From: Sedimentisphaerales bacterium
GTDB lineage: Bacteria > Planctomycetota > Phycisphaerae > Sedimentisphaerales > SM23-30
Direction of reading: 5' to 3'
Length of the DNA: 64,000 nt
NCBI GenBank assembly: GCA_963667715.1
Contig: OY763926.1
Location: 2,654,177 to 2,718,176 of the forward strand
Every line of letters starts with the position of its first letter. The first letter of the stretch is position 1. Of this stretch, positions 27,987-36,893 are shown piece after piece. Made by a program: the position numbers and the translations under genes. The notes beneath the pieces are model-generated. The model saw nothing but the letters and a program-made list of their open reading frames with translations, was not told the origin of the DNA and searched no databases.

Positions 27987-29069
27987 ATGAAAAAGATTAT
28001 TTTACTTATACTAATATCAACAACAATCATCAGAGCCCAAATGCTAGAGGGCTATGCCAAATATACATATGATGAAAGTCATTTTGCTATTGAGATTGTA
28101 AACTATATCGAAGGTAACGGCGTTGGCAGAGACTATCTCAACGGGACAAAATTCAATATCCCTGAAAATGCTCTGGCCAGGCCAACCGTCGATACCACAC
28201 CAGATAACTGGTATATTAACCCGGCAGATGGCAATGTGCCAGTAAACCCAGTCTATCCGGCCTTCAGAGCCAGCGAATTAGTTTCAATCGGACAGGGAGG
28301 CGAGCTGATCGTTAAGTTTGACCATAAAATAGCAGACGATATCAACAACCCTTACGGTGTAGATTTCATTATTTTTGGCAACTCTATGTGTGTTGTCGGA
28401 AACGGTCAGGGCTGGACAAATCGCAATCCGGAATACTGCCGAATAAGCGGCGGCGGCTTTTGTGAAGGTGGTATAGTATCTGTCAGTCAAGACGGTGAGA
28501 ACTGGCTTGAACTAACAGCTGGAGATAATATTGCTGATGGCTTTGCCCCAACATTAGGGAGATTATATGAGCCGGAACTGCTGGAAAATGAACCGAATGA
28601 TGGACATAATGAGCTTGGAACATGGAATAAATGGTGGACATCAGAAACCAACCCTACCCTGCCGCTTGACCCGGAAGAAGATTTCACTGACTGGAACGGC
28701 TGGTCTGTAGCTCAACTGACTAATCATTATGGCTACTCCGCCGGCGGCAGCGGTTTTGACCTTAAATGCTTCAGAAACAGCCCAGAATGGATTCAATATA
28801 TAAAGGTAAGCAACCCTGCCAGTAGTGGTAATACCCCGGAAATAGATGCTTTTTCCGATGTAAGTTGCTGCGGTGACTGGCAAAACCCGTACCCAGAAGG
28901 TGACTATAATATGGACTGCCTGGTAAGTATGGATGACTTTGCTTATCTGGCTAACCGATGGCTGGCATGTCAGGAGAATACTGATCCTCAGTTAATAAAC
29001 TGCTATGATATGAATGACCTGTCTGATCTTGCAGAGAACTGGTTGGTTCGAAGCTGGGGAAATAATTAA
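27987..29069 (+). CDS. Secreted protein, paralog of 26440-27258, with a dockerin-like C-terminal repeat instead of PEP-CTERM
   Basis: The signal peptide 'MKKIILLILISTTIIRAQ' begins at ATG 27987. The ORF-track ATG 27948 lies inside a hairpin loop. The core is 'GGELIVKFDHKIADDINNPYGVDFIIFGNSM ... GGIVSVSQDGENWLEL'. The C-terminus is 'GDYNMDCLVSMDDFAYLANRW ... YDMNDLSDLAENW'. Confidence 0.7.
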   Translation: MKKIILLILISTTIIRAQMLEGYAKYTYDESHFAIEIVNYIEGNGVGRDYLNGTKFNIPENALARPTVDTTPDNWYINPADGNVPVNPVYPAFRASELVSIGQGGELIVKFDHKIADDINNPYGVDFIIFGNSMCVVGNGQGWTNRNPEYCRISGGGFCEGGIVSVSQDGENWLELTAGDNIADGFAPTLGRLYEPELLENEPNDGHNELGTWNKWWTSETNPTLPLDPEEDFTDWNGWSVAQLTNHYGYSAGGSGFDLKCFRNSPEWIQYIKVSNPASSGNTPEIDAFSDVSCCGDWQNPYPEGDYNMDCLVSMDDFAYLANRWLACQENTDPQLINCYDMNDLSDLAENWLVRSWGNN

Positions 29070-29839
29070 TGTGCTTCTGCAAAAATAGAGGCTTTACACT
29101 GCTGGAGCTGCTCGTTGTAGCTACTATTATATCGTTACTGGTAATGATAATCGCTCCTGCATTGAGTAATGCAAGGAATAGTGCAAGATCTGTAGTATGT
29201 ATGAGTAGGCTCAGGCAGTTGTCAATCGCTTCAATAAATTATACAGCTGCCAATAATGAGTATTATCCAATTGCATACTATAACCAAAGTACCTCAACAG
29301 AAATGGTATCGTATTGCTGGGATTTTATAAGTAAGAAAGACTGGAATGTTTCTCCTCCGGAAACTGAAATAACTCCCGGTTTATTATGGGCTTATACCGA
29401 CAGTGGCGAAGTACAGCAGTGTCCCGGATATCGGGGCAATAGCAACTGGCTGTCAGACCCTTATACTGGCTATAATTATAATACAAGCTACATTGGAGGT
29501 GGCAGCGGCGAAAGTACCATGCAGCCGGCAAAAGATGGACAGGTAAAACACCCTTGTGCAACACTGATCTTTGGGGATGGAGAATATGCCGGTGGTGCCA
29601 ATAAATTTATGAGAGCTCCGCAAAACCGCCCTGATGATAGATACCAAAAGGATAATAATTTTTCATTTAACAGCAGAGTTGCCGGCACGCAAGGGTTCAG
29701 ACATAACAAAAAAACAAATATCGCTTTTTGCGACAGCCATGTAAAGTCAACCGGTGATATCTACAGCGGCGGCCATGATGATCTGGCAGAAGGAACTGGC
29801 TTTATCTGTGATGATAACAGCATGTACGATCTTCGATAA
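29069..29839 (+). CDS. Prepilin-type N-terminal cleavage/methylation domain protein with a DUF1559-like body (type II pseudopilin-like)
   Basis: 'RGFTLLELLVVATIISLL' is the class III signal. 'HNKKTNIAFCDSHV' matches the H-X9-DG-type tail common in PVC bacteria. The start overlaps the previous stop (TAATG at 29067-29071). Confidence 0.9.
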   Translation: MCFCKNRGFTLLELLVVATIISLLVMIIAPALSNARNSARSVVCMSRLRQLSIASINYTAANNEYYPIAYYNQSTSTEMVSYCWDFISKKDWNVSPPETEITPGLLWAYTDSGEVQQCPGYRGNSNWLSDPYTGYNYNTSYIGGGSGESTMQPAKDGQVKHPCATLIFGDGEYAGGANKFMRAPQNRPDDRYQKDNNFSFNSRVAGTQGFRHNKKTNIAFCDSHVKSTGDIYSGGHDDLAEGTGFICDDNSMYDLR

Positions 29840-29844
29840 AAGTA

Positions 29845-30627
29845 TTATCGCTGAAGCTGGGTAAACTCCATAGTCGCCAGCTGGTCTTCAATCTTAATTG
29901 AGGTTAGCTGGATCTGCTTGTCACCATCGTCAGGATTATTTATTACAGGCTTAACCTCAAACCTGCCGCCACGTAGAAGCTCAGGGAGTGCCTGGCCAAT
30001 AAAACGCCCTAACTCTTTTTCTACACTTTGCTTTCCTGCTACATGATCATCTGACACAGTATTGTCAATATACATTTTAATCTTATCTGCCGCCTGAACC
30101 AGGTAATCCTGAATAACCATCATTGGAACACCAAGCATACCAGACTTAATAGTTTTTAGCTTAATAACCAACATTCCACCAGAATCGATCTGCGGCCTAA
30201 GTGCAATACTAACTACCGCATTGTAACTATCATATTTCATAGTAACAAATAATATGATCATGCCGTCGCGTAAACTTACCTGAGGATGCCTGATGGACAC
30301 ATCTGTATTGGCAAATTCCTTTTCAAGCAGTCTGGTAAGATCCTGATGCAATAATAGCTTGTTTAGCAAATCCGCCGATATAGACTCAGAAAACGATTCC
30401 ATTGCGTATACATTATTATGTATATCAGCAATTAACGAAATAGCCTGATCGACTGCCTGCTCCTGTTGCGCAAAGGTTATTGGCTCCGGAGAATACTCTG
30501 AAGGTTTGTAAACAGCCATTAGATAAAGAACTACAACCAGCCCAACACAAGCAAAGACTGCTCCAATGAGTCCTATAAAAACACTGATAACAACTTTTCT
30601 TTTTTTGCTTTTTCTACGAACGAGCAT
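29845..30627 (-). CDS. Hypothetical membrane-anchored protein
   Basis: 260-aa ORF with a basic N-terminus and one TM ('VVISVFIGLIGAVFACVGLVVVLYLMAV'). I recognised no family motif. Confidence 0.55.
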   Translation of the reverse strand: MLVRRKSKKRKVVISVFIGLIGAVFACVGLVVVLYLMAVYKPSEYSPEPITFAQQEQAVDQAISLIADIHNNVYAMESFSESISADLLNKLLLHQDLTRLLEKEFANTDVSIRHPQVSLRDGMIILFVTMKYDSYNAVVSIALRPQIDSGGMLVIKLKTIKSGMLGVPMMVIQDYLVQAADKIKMYIDNTVSDDHVAGKQSVEKELGRFIGQALPELLRGGRFEVKPVINNPDDGDKQIQLTSIKIEDQLATMEFTQLQR

Positions 30628-31008
30628 ATAAAAACAACCTGAATATAGGGTAATAAATAATCACAAAGTGTAATAATATCGTCATTTATAAGGTAATTGG
30701 CAAGTAAAAAATACAATAACTGCCACCTTATACTAAGTAATGTTCAGATAACACCTGAAGCATTGAACATAAAAGCCTTTCGTTAAAATCGTTATTACCG
30801 GAAAAAGATAAATGAAATATATGTCAAATGCCACTTAATAGAGCTAATCCATACCCAAAAAGAAGACGATACAAAATACGTTAATCTTTTGGTAGATATT
30901 GCGCAAACAACCAGGAGCAGGCTCAATTTAACATGAGCATTGTGTTGTATTGCAAAAAAAACCAAAAAATGATAATTCTATAGAGAAGAATGGAAGAAAG
31001 AGAAAATA

Positions 31009-32751
31009 ATGATGGAAGACGTAACATCAGGTGAAATGCTGGCAACTGCGATCAATCCGCAAAGCAGAATAGTTCTGGATATGGAAGCAATTTCATTGCT
31101 TACCAAGCATAACTGGCTATTCAGCAGATTCGATATTGATGAAAGAGTATATATCTTTCACTGGCCAGAGACCGGGGAAAAATGCATGCTTTATGTCGTT
31201 GGTAACGATGACATGTTCATTTCCGCAGATGAGATGGTTAAGAAAATGCCAAATCTTAAGGAAAGCATCAACAATATCGCTTTTACACCGATAAGCTCAG
31301 AAAATATCAAGGGTGCAGACGAGCTTAATAAATGTGATCTGGTAATATCCCACCCTGATGATATTGAACATGACTTTTTCTTTATAATCTTTTCAACCAT
31401 AGATTATCTCAATGGCGGCGGTGGCTTTAGCTATAATCAGCAAGACAATGTTTCTGATGCTATCTACGATCTGAAGAGATTTTCAATTGAGAAGACCAAA
31501 GCATCTGATGACGAAGTTGCAAGATTCCACACATACTGGCAAAAGATCACACCATATATAGAAATATTTATGACCAGATCAAATAATCTTTCTATACAAG
31601 ATCAGATAGTAAGCCAACTCAGCGATAAATCAGATACATCAATATATGAGATGCAGGAAACACTTTTCAATCTGCTTTTAGTAATGTCAAATAAGGTAGG
31701 TATAAAGATCAATCCTCTATCAGTTACACCAGGTGACTCTCTGGAGCTGTGCTATAAAATCCTTGATTCATTTAAAAAGATGAGATTCTTCAGGTCCGTA
31801 TCTGAAACCCCCAAGGAACCTCAAAAAGTTTCAGTCCCAAACAGCTATTACCAGAAACTCAAAGACCCGGAAAATTATCCGGTTCCCAATAAAAAGGCGA
31901 TGGAAGTCTATTTTATCGCATGTCGAGAAAACACAGACTACGGCGAACTGGTTGAATCAATAAAAGAAGATCCGGCTTTAACTGCAAAGATACTAAAATA
32001 TCTTAACACCCCTACCTTCAGGACATTAAATACTATTTCCAGTATCAGTATCGAAGCGTTAAGTATGTTCGGCTTGCCAAGGATCAAAGAAATAGCACTT
32101 AATGTTGCAATTGATTTCAGAGATTTCGAGATAAAGTGTGAAGCGTTTAACTATAAAACATTTTATCAGGACTCACTCGCCTGCGCCATAGCAGCAAGAA
32201 ATATAACTAACTATGTAAATAAAACATCTCCTGAAAAGAGCCTGTTTACTCCTGATCAGGCCTATACAGTCGGACTTTTAAGCCAGGTAGGTAAACTGGC
32301 CTTTGCCGCTGTCTGTCCACAGCCCTACAATCGAATGCTATTGGAAGACACTGAAGGTGGCGGTCAGGAACTATGTGAAATGGAGAAAAAAGAGTTCGGT
32401 ATAGACCACTGTGAAATAGCGTCTGATATGCTCTCAGAGTGGCATTTTTCAGATTCATTCTGTAAAGCTGTGAGATTCCAATATAAATATCCTGAAAACC
32501 AGGACATCTTTAAAGATGATGTTATTGCAAGTGCACTGGCAAGCAAGCTAAAGGCCGCAGGTTTTATGCTAAGATGGAGCCGGACAATAAGTACGACCAT
32601 AAATTCTTCAGGTGCAATGAATAAAAAGAATGTGATAACGACTTTAGATAAAGGTGCAAGTGAATTTGGCATCTGCCCGGGTAACTACCATAAGCAGGCC
32701 GTCACGACTCAAAAGGAATGGCATACCATGAAATCGATCATGGATGTATAA
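31009..32751 (+). CDS. HDOD domain signalling protein with a large uncharacterised N-terminal region
   Basis: The C-terminal ~270 aa carry HDOD-like blocks: 'DPALTAKILKYLNTPTF', 'GLLSQVGKLAF' and 'EKKEFGIDHCEIASDMLSEWHF'. The first ~300 aa have no motif I recognise. Confidence 0.75.
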   Translation: MMEDVTSGEMLATAINPQSRIVLDMEAISLLTKHNWLFSRFDIDERVYIFHWPETGEKCMLYVVGNDDMFISADEMVKKMPNLKESINNIAFTPISSENIKGADELNKCDLVISHPDDIEHDFFFIIFSTIDYLNGGGGFSYNQQDNVSDAIYDLKRFSIEKTKASDDEVARFHTYWQKITPYIEIFMTRSNNLSIQDQIVSQLSDKSDTSIYEMQETLFNLLLVMSNKVGIKINPLSVTPGDSLELCYKILDSFKKMRFFRSVSETPKEPQKVSVPNSYYQKLKDPENYPVPNKKAMEVYFIACRENTDYGELVESIKEDPALTAKILKYLNTPTFRTLNTISSISIEALSMFGLPRIKEIALNVAIDFRDFEIKCEAFNYKTFYQDSLACAIAARNITNYVNKTSPEKSLFTPDQAYTVGLLSQVGKLAFAAVCPQPYNRMLLEDTEGGGQELCEMEKKEFGIDHCEIASDMLSEWHFSDSFCKAVRFQYKYPENQDIFKDDVIASALASKLKAAGFMLRWSRTISTTINSSGAMNKKNVITTLDKGASEFGICPGNYHKQAVTTQKEWHTMKSIMDV

Positions 32752-32756
32752 TAAAA

Positions 32757-32799
32757 CAAAAAAAGAACCTGACTTAACTTGAAAATGGTTCTGTTTTTT
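32757..32799 (+). terminator. Possible terminator after the HDOD gene
   Basis: AGAACC (32764-32769) / GGTTCT (32787-32792), with A-run and T-run extensions (T6 at 32794-32799). The stem is short. Confidence 0.4.
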
Positions 32800-33067
32800 G
32801 ATCTAAAAAGATGATTTTCAGAAGTTAATTTTAATATTGGACTAAAAAAACTTAAAAAAAATATTGCAATAAACTCTCTTGTATAATGATTTACAGAAAT
32901 GCAAGGGAGTTTTTTTACAATTCCTTCACAAATATATAACATTATAAATAAACAACTTACGTCACAGTCCCAGTATTTTTGGCTTTTTTTTCATATTTTT
33001 TTGTTATTTCCCAATTATTTGTATCCGATTTAGTTAAAAATATGCTAAAATAATTGGTCTCTTCTTT

Positions 33068-33096
33068 TTGACACCCCCCACTTTATGATATATACT
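33068..33096 (+). promoter_or_regulatory. Sigma-70-type promoter of the dnaG-rpoD operon
   Basis: TTGACA (33068-33073), a 17-nt spacer, then TATACT (33091-33096). Confidence 0.5.
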
Positions 33097-33166
33097 TAAA
33101 TGTTTGTTAGCTCCACAGCGGAGTAATAATAAGCACACGAGCCGGAAGAAAACTCCTGGAGGGCAA

Positions 33167-34984
33167 TTGCCAACCTACTTTGAGGACAGACATATAGGTG
33201 AGATCTTACAAGCAACTGATATAGTTGCACTTGTAAGTACGTATATGGCTCTCAAGCCTCAGGGAAAAGATTTTGTAGGGCTGTGCCCCTTCCACAATGA
33301 CAGGCGTCCGAGTATGTTTGTCAGCCCGGGAAAGCAAATATTTAAGTGTTTTTCCTGCGGTGCCGGCGGCGATGTAATCAAGTTCATTATGCTTAAGGAA
33401 AGAATGACCTTTCCGGAGGCAGTGAAGTATCTGGCTGAACAGGCAAATATAGTATTGCCAGAGCGGGATACAAATCGCAGCAGTAGCCCGGGCCGTGAAT
33501 ACGACAGAAATAGCTTGGAGCTGGTAAACCGTTGGGCTGCCAAGTTTTACAGATCAGAATACGACAAAGTAGACGAAGGCCGGATAGCGCGAGATTATGT
33601 AGAAAACCGTGGAATATCCGAGTCAACAAGCCGGAAGTTTGGTTTAGGCTGGGCCCCTAAAGGATGGGACCTGCTAATAAAAGCAGCCAAGGCTGATAAT
33701 ATAGACCTGAAAGCGTTAAGCAAGCTCGGTCTGGTAATAGAAAAAGATAGCGGCGGCTATTACGACCGTTTCCGAGAAAGACTGATGTTCCCGGTTTTAG
33801 ACGGGCTCAAACGAGTAATAGCATTTGGCGGCCGAACACTTGCCAACGATCCGGCCAAATATATGAATAGTCCGGAAAGTGATCTATTCGATAAGAGCAG
33901 AAACCTTTTCGGTCTTCATGCCGCAAAAGATGCGATAGTAACAGAAAAAACGGCCATAGTAGTCGAAGGTTATACTGATTGCATAATGGCGCATCAGGAA
34001 GGTGTTTGTAATGTTGTTGCTACCCTTGGGACAGCAATGACAAAAGAACATGCCAGAATGCTAAGCCGCTATGCTCAGAAGATAATACTTATGTTCGATT
34101 CTGACCAGGCTGGTATGAAAGCATCAGATAGAGCAATAGAACTTTTTTTTGGTCAAAACGTAGAAGTAGAGCTGGTTTCATTACCAGACGGTCAGGACCC
34201 TTGTGACTTCCTGCTGGCTAATGGCGGGCAGGCGTTTACCGCAGAGCTGGGTAAATCAGTAAATGCGATGGATTACAAGTGGGCCGCACTACTGAGAAAT
34301 TACGAAAAGACTGATGGCATTAACGGCCGCGGCAAGGCAATTGAAGAATTTTTGAAATTGACCAGCCAGATGAGCCGTCATGGTAATATAGACCCGATAC
34401 GAGAAGGGTTGATAGTTAATAAAGTCGCTGGATTACTTAATCAGCAACCAAATATTATACACAGGCAGCTGGCATCAATGCGAAATAGTCAGCCAGCCAG
34501 TCAACAATTGAATAGCGAGCTAAAACACAGCAAACTGTCTTTCGGGACGCTGGACGCTGTCAACAGAAGTTACCTGAATATACTGGAGGTTCTGCTAAAT
34601 GAACCTGGATTTTATGGAATGGTAAAAGAACAGACGTCTGACCTTTCAGGATTAAGCCACCCGGTACTGAGACAGGTTTACGAACGAATCAAACAATGCT
34701 GTGAACAAATGGAGAGCCCTTCACTGGGGGCCATCCTGGGCGGTTGTGAAAGCATAGAACTATGCAATATAATAACCGACCTAAGCCATACCGGTGAGAT
34801 GCGAGGCAATTATGAAAAAACGCTTGAAGGAGCGTTCAGTTCACTTGCCATGCGAAATGAAAAGGTAGAAAGAGAAAAGTTGAAAGAGATGATAACTGAT
34901 TCAGCCAATAGCTTTGACAGAGACACTTTGGATGTCATGCTGGCAGATTTACAGGCCAGGTTAATAAAACACAAGACAGAGTAA
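33167..34984 (+). CDS. dnaG: DNA primase
   Basis: CHC2 zinc finger 'CPFHNDRRPSMFVSPGKQIFKCFSCGAGGD', TOPRIM 'VVEGYTDCIMAHQ ... MFDSDQAG'. I prefer TTG 33167, with GGAGGG just upstream. The ORF-track start TTG 33104 coincides with the predicted transcription start and has no Shine-Dalgarno sequence. Confidence 0.9.
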   Translation: MPTYFEDRHIGEILQATDIVALVSTYMALKPQGKDFVGLCPFHNDRRPSMFVSPGKQIFKCFSCGAGGDVIKFIMLKERMTFPEAVKYLAEQANIVLPERDTNRSSSPGREYDRNSLELVNRWAAKFYRSEYDKVDEGRIARDYVENRGISESTSRKFGLGWAPKGWDLLIKAAKADNIDLKALSKLGLVIEKDSGGYYDRFRERLMFPVLDGLKRVIAFGGRTLANDPAKYMNSPESDLFDKSRNLFGLHAAKDAIVTEKTAIVVEGYTDCIMAHQEGVCNVVATLGTAMTKEHARMLSRYAQKIILMFDSDQAGMKASDRAIELFFGQNVEVELVSLPDGQDPCDFLLANGGQAFTAELGKSVNAMDYKWAALLRNYEKTDGINGRGKAIEEFLKLTSQMSRHGNIDPIREGLIVNKVAGLLNQQPNIIHRQLASMRNSQPASQQLNSELKHSKLSFGTLDAVNRSYLNILEVLLNEPGFYGMVKEQTSDLSGLSHPVLRQVYERIKQCCEQMESPSLGAILGGCESIELCNIITDLSHTGEMRGNYEKTLEGAFSSLAMRNEKVEREKLKEMITDSANSFDRDTLDVMLADLQARLIKHKTE

Positions 34985-35057
34985 GATTGAGCAGTTACCA
35001 GAAACGTAATAATACAACAAAATATAACTGGTTTGAAATATATAACGGAGAGCTGAA

Positions 35058-36821
35058 TTGCCTAATAACCCAAAATTAACCGAACAGCTAATACTAGAAA
35101 GCTTCCAGTCCCTGATCAAAAAGAGCAAGGAACGCGGCTATCTTACATATGAGCAGTTAAATGAAGAGCTTCCTGACGAAGCGGTCAATCCTGACCAGCT
35201 AGACGGTTTCTTAATGACCCTGGACTCGCTGGGTATTGAGCTTATCGACAAGTCAGAGCTTGCCAAAAGATCAGCTAATAACGAAACTAATGCAAACGCT
35301 AAAGATACATCGGAAGAAGCTCTGTTTGAAGCTCTGGAAGATGATGAAGATCACGACAGCAACTTTGAAGAAGTTGAAGAAGATGATGAAGAAAATATCT
35401 TCTTTGAAGATCAGCGTATTGATGACCCTGTCCGTATGTACCTTACCCAGATGGGTGAAATTCCTCTACTTACCCGTGAGCAGGAAATTGAGCTGGCCAA
35501 AACTATCGAAATGTCAAGAATGGTATTTCGTCGCAGAATCCTCGAAAATGATTATTGTATAAGCGAAAGCATCAATATCATTGAACAGGTAGCAACTGGC
35601 GAGCTCCCATTTGACCGTACAATGCGTCTGTCGTCAAGCAATAATACCGTACGTAACAGCATAATCAACCGTATGCCTGGTAATATTGATACACTGAAAA
35701 AAATACTCGACGAAAATAGCCGCTGTCGTGACCAGATAGCTACTATGGACGATGAGCAGAAGATCAAAGAAATTAAGATCCAGATGAACCTTCGTCGCCA
35801 AAGAGCGTCGAAGCTTCTCGAAGAGATCGCACTTCGTACAAGTCGTGTAACACCATTTATTCAGAAACTGGAACATATTCTTAAGAAGATGGATAGCCTG
35901 CAGGCTATGCTGGCCGATCCTTCTAAGCATGGTTTAGCGTCAGATGACATTGAAGTCATTCAGGAAGAACTGGAAGGCCTTCGTGACATGATCATGGAAG
36001 ACCAGACTGAACTTCGTGCCCGTGTTAAAAGAATTAAACGTGCATATAAAAGATACGAAACTGCAAAACGCAGACTTTCAGGTGCTAACCTGAGACTGGT
36101 AGTTTCTATTGCCAAGAAATACCGTAACCGCGGCCTGAGCTTCCTTGATATTATTCAGGAAGGTAATACCGGCCTTATGCGTGCTGTTGATAAATATGAG
36201 TTCCGTCGTGGTTATAAGTTCAGTACTTACGCTACTTGGTGGATTCGTCAGGCTATTACTCGTGCTATTGCAGACCATGCCCGCACAATCCGTATTCCTG
36301 TCCATATGATCGAAGCTATGAGCAAGCTGCGTAATATCAGCAAGAAACTACAGCAGGAACTTGGTATTGAGCCAACGATCGAAGAGATCGCAGAAAAGGC
36401 CGATATGCCGGTATCTGAAGTTAGAAGGATCATGAAGATATCACGTCATCCGATCAGTCTTGACCGCCCTGTCGGCGAAAGCGAAGACAGCTACTTTGGT
36501 GACTTTATCGAAGATAGCGGAACAGAGAGTCCGGTACACGCAGCTACCCAGGAAATGCTCAAGGACAGGATCGAATCAGTACTAAATACACTGACCTACC
36601 GTGAACGTGAGATCATTAAACTACGCTATGGTATCGGCGACGGCTACACTTACACCCTGGAAGAAGTTGGCCGTATCTTCAAAGTTACCCGCGAACGTGT
36701 TCGTCAGGTAGAAGCTAAAGCTGTACGCAAACTTCAGCATCCGGTAAGATCACGCAAGCTCGAAGGCTTTATGGATAAGATCGACCGCAATGCTATGCAG
36801 TATGATGAAGAACTTGAATAA
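35058..36821 (+). CDS. rpoD: Primary RNA polymerase sigma factor (sigma-70/RpoD)
   Basis: Acidic region 1 is present. Region 2 is '[60 protein letters not shown]' and region 4 is '[27 protein letters not shown]'. The start is TTG with GGAGAG 5 nt upstream. Confidence 0.95.
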   Translation: MPNNPKLTEQLILESFQSLIKKSKERGYLTYEQLNEELPDEAVNPDQLDGFLMTLDSLGIELIDKSELAKRSANNETNANAKDTSEEALFEALEDDEDHDSNFEEVEEDDEENIFFEDQRIDDPVRMYLTQMGEIPLLTREQEIELAKTIEMSRMVFRRRILENDYCISESINIIEQVATGELPFDRTMRLSSSNNTVRNSIINRMPGNIDTLKKILDENSRCRDQIATMDDEQKIKEIKIQMNLRRQRASKLLEEIALRTSRVTPFIQKLEHILKKMDSLQAMLADPSKHGLASDDIEVIQEELEGLRDMIMEDQTELRARVKRIKRAYKRYETAKRRLSGANLRLVVSIAKKYRNRGLSFLDIIQEGNTGLMRAVDKYEFRRGYKFSTYATWWIRQAITRAIADHARTIRIPVHMIEAMSKLRNISKKLQQELGIEPTIEEIAEKADMPVSEVRRIMKISRHPISLDRPVGESEDSYFGDFIEDSGTESPVHAATQEMLKDRIESVLNTLTYREREIIKLRYGIGDGYTYTLEEVGRIFKVTRERVRQVEAKAVRKLQHPVRSRKLEGFMDKIDRNAMQYDEELE

Positions 36822-36846
36822 ACATTATTCAGAATATTGAAACTTA

Positions 36847-36884
36847 AAAGGCTGATGAATACTCAAATCATCAGCCTTTTTTTT
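36847..36884. terminator. Bidirectional intrinsic terminator (rpoD and the convergent gene)
   Basis: Perfect 10-bp stem AGGCTGATGA / TCATCAGCCT, flanked by A4 on the left and T8 on the right. Confidence 0.8.
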
Positions 36885-36893
36885 ATTTCACGA

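Noticed and set aside
35236-35562. 108-aa alternative-frame ORF inside rpoD (K/L/M-rich).
   Set aside because: It arises from the acidic GAA/GAT-rich region 1 of rpoD read out of frame. The rpoD frame is unambiguous.
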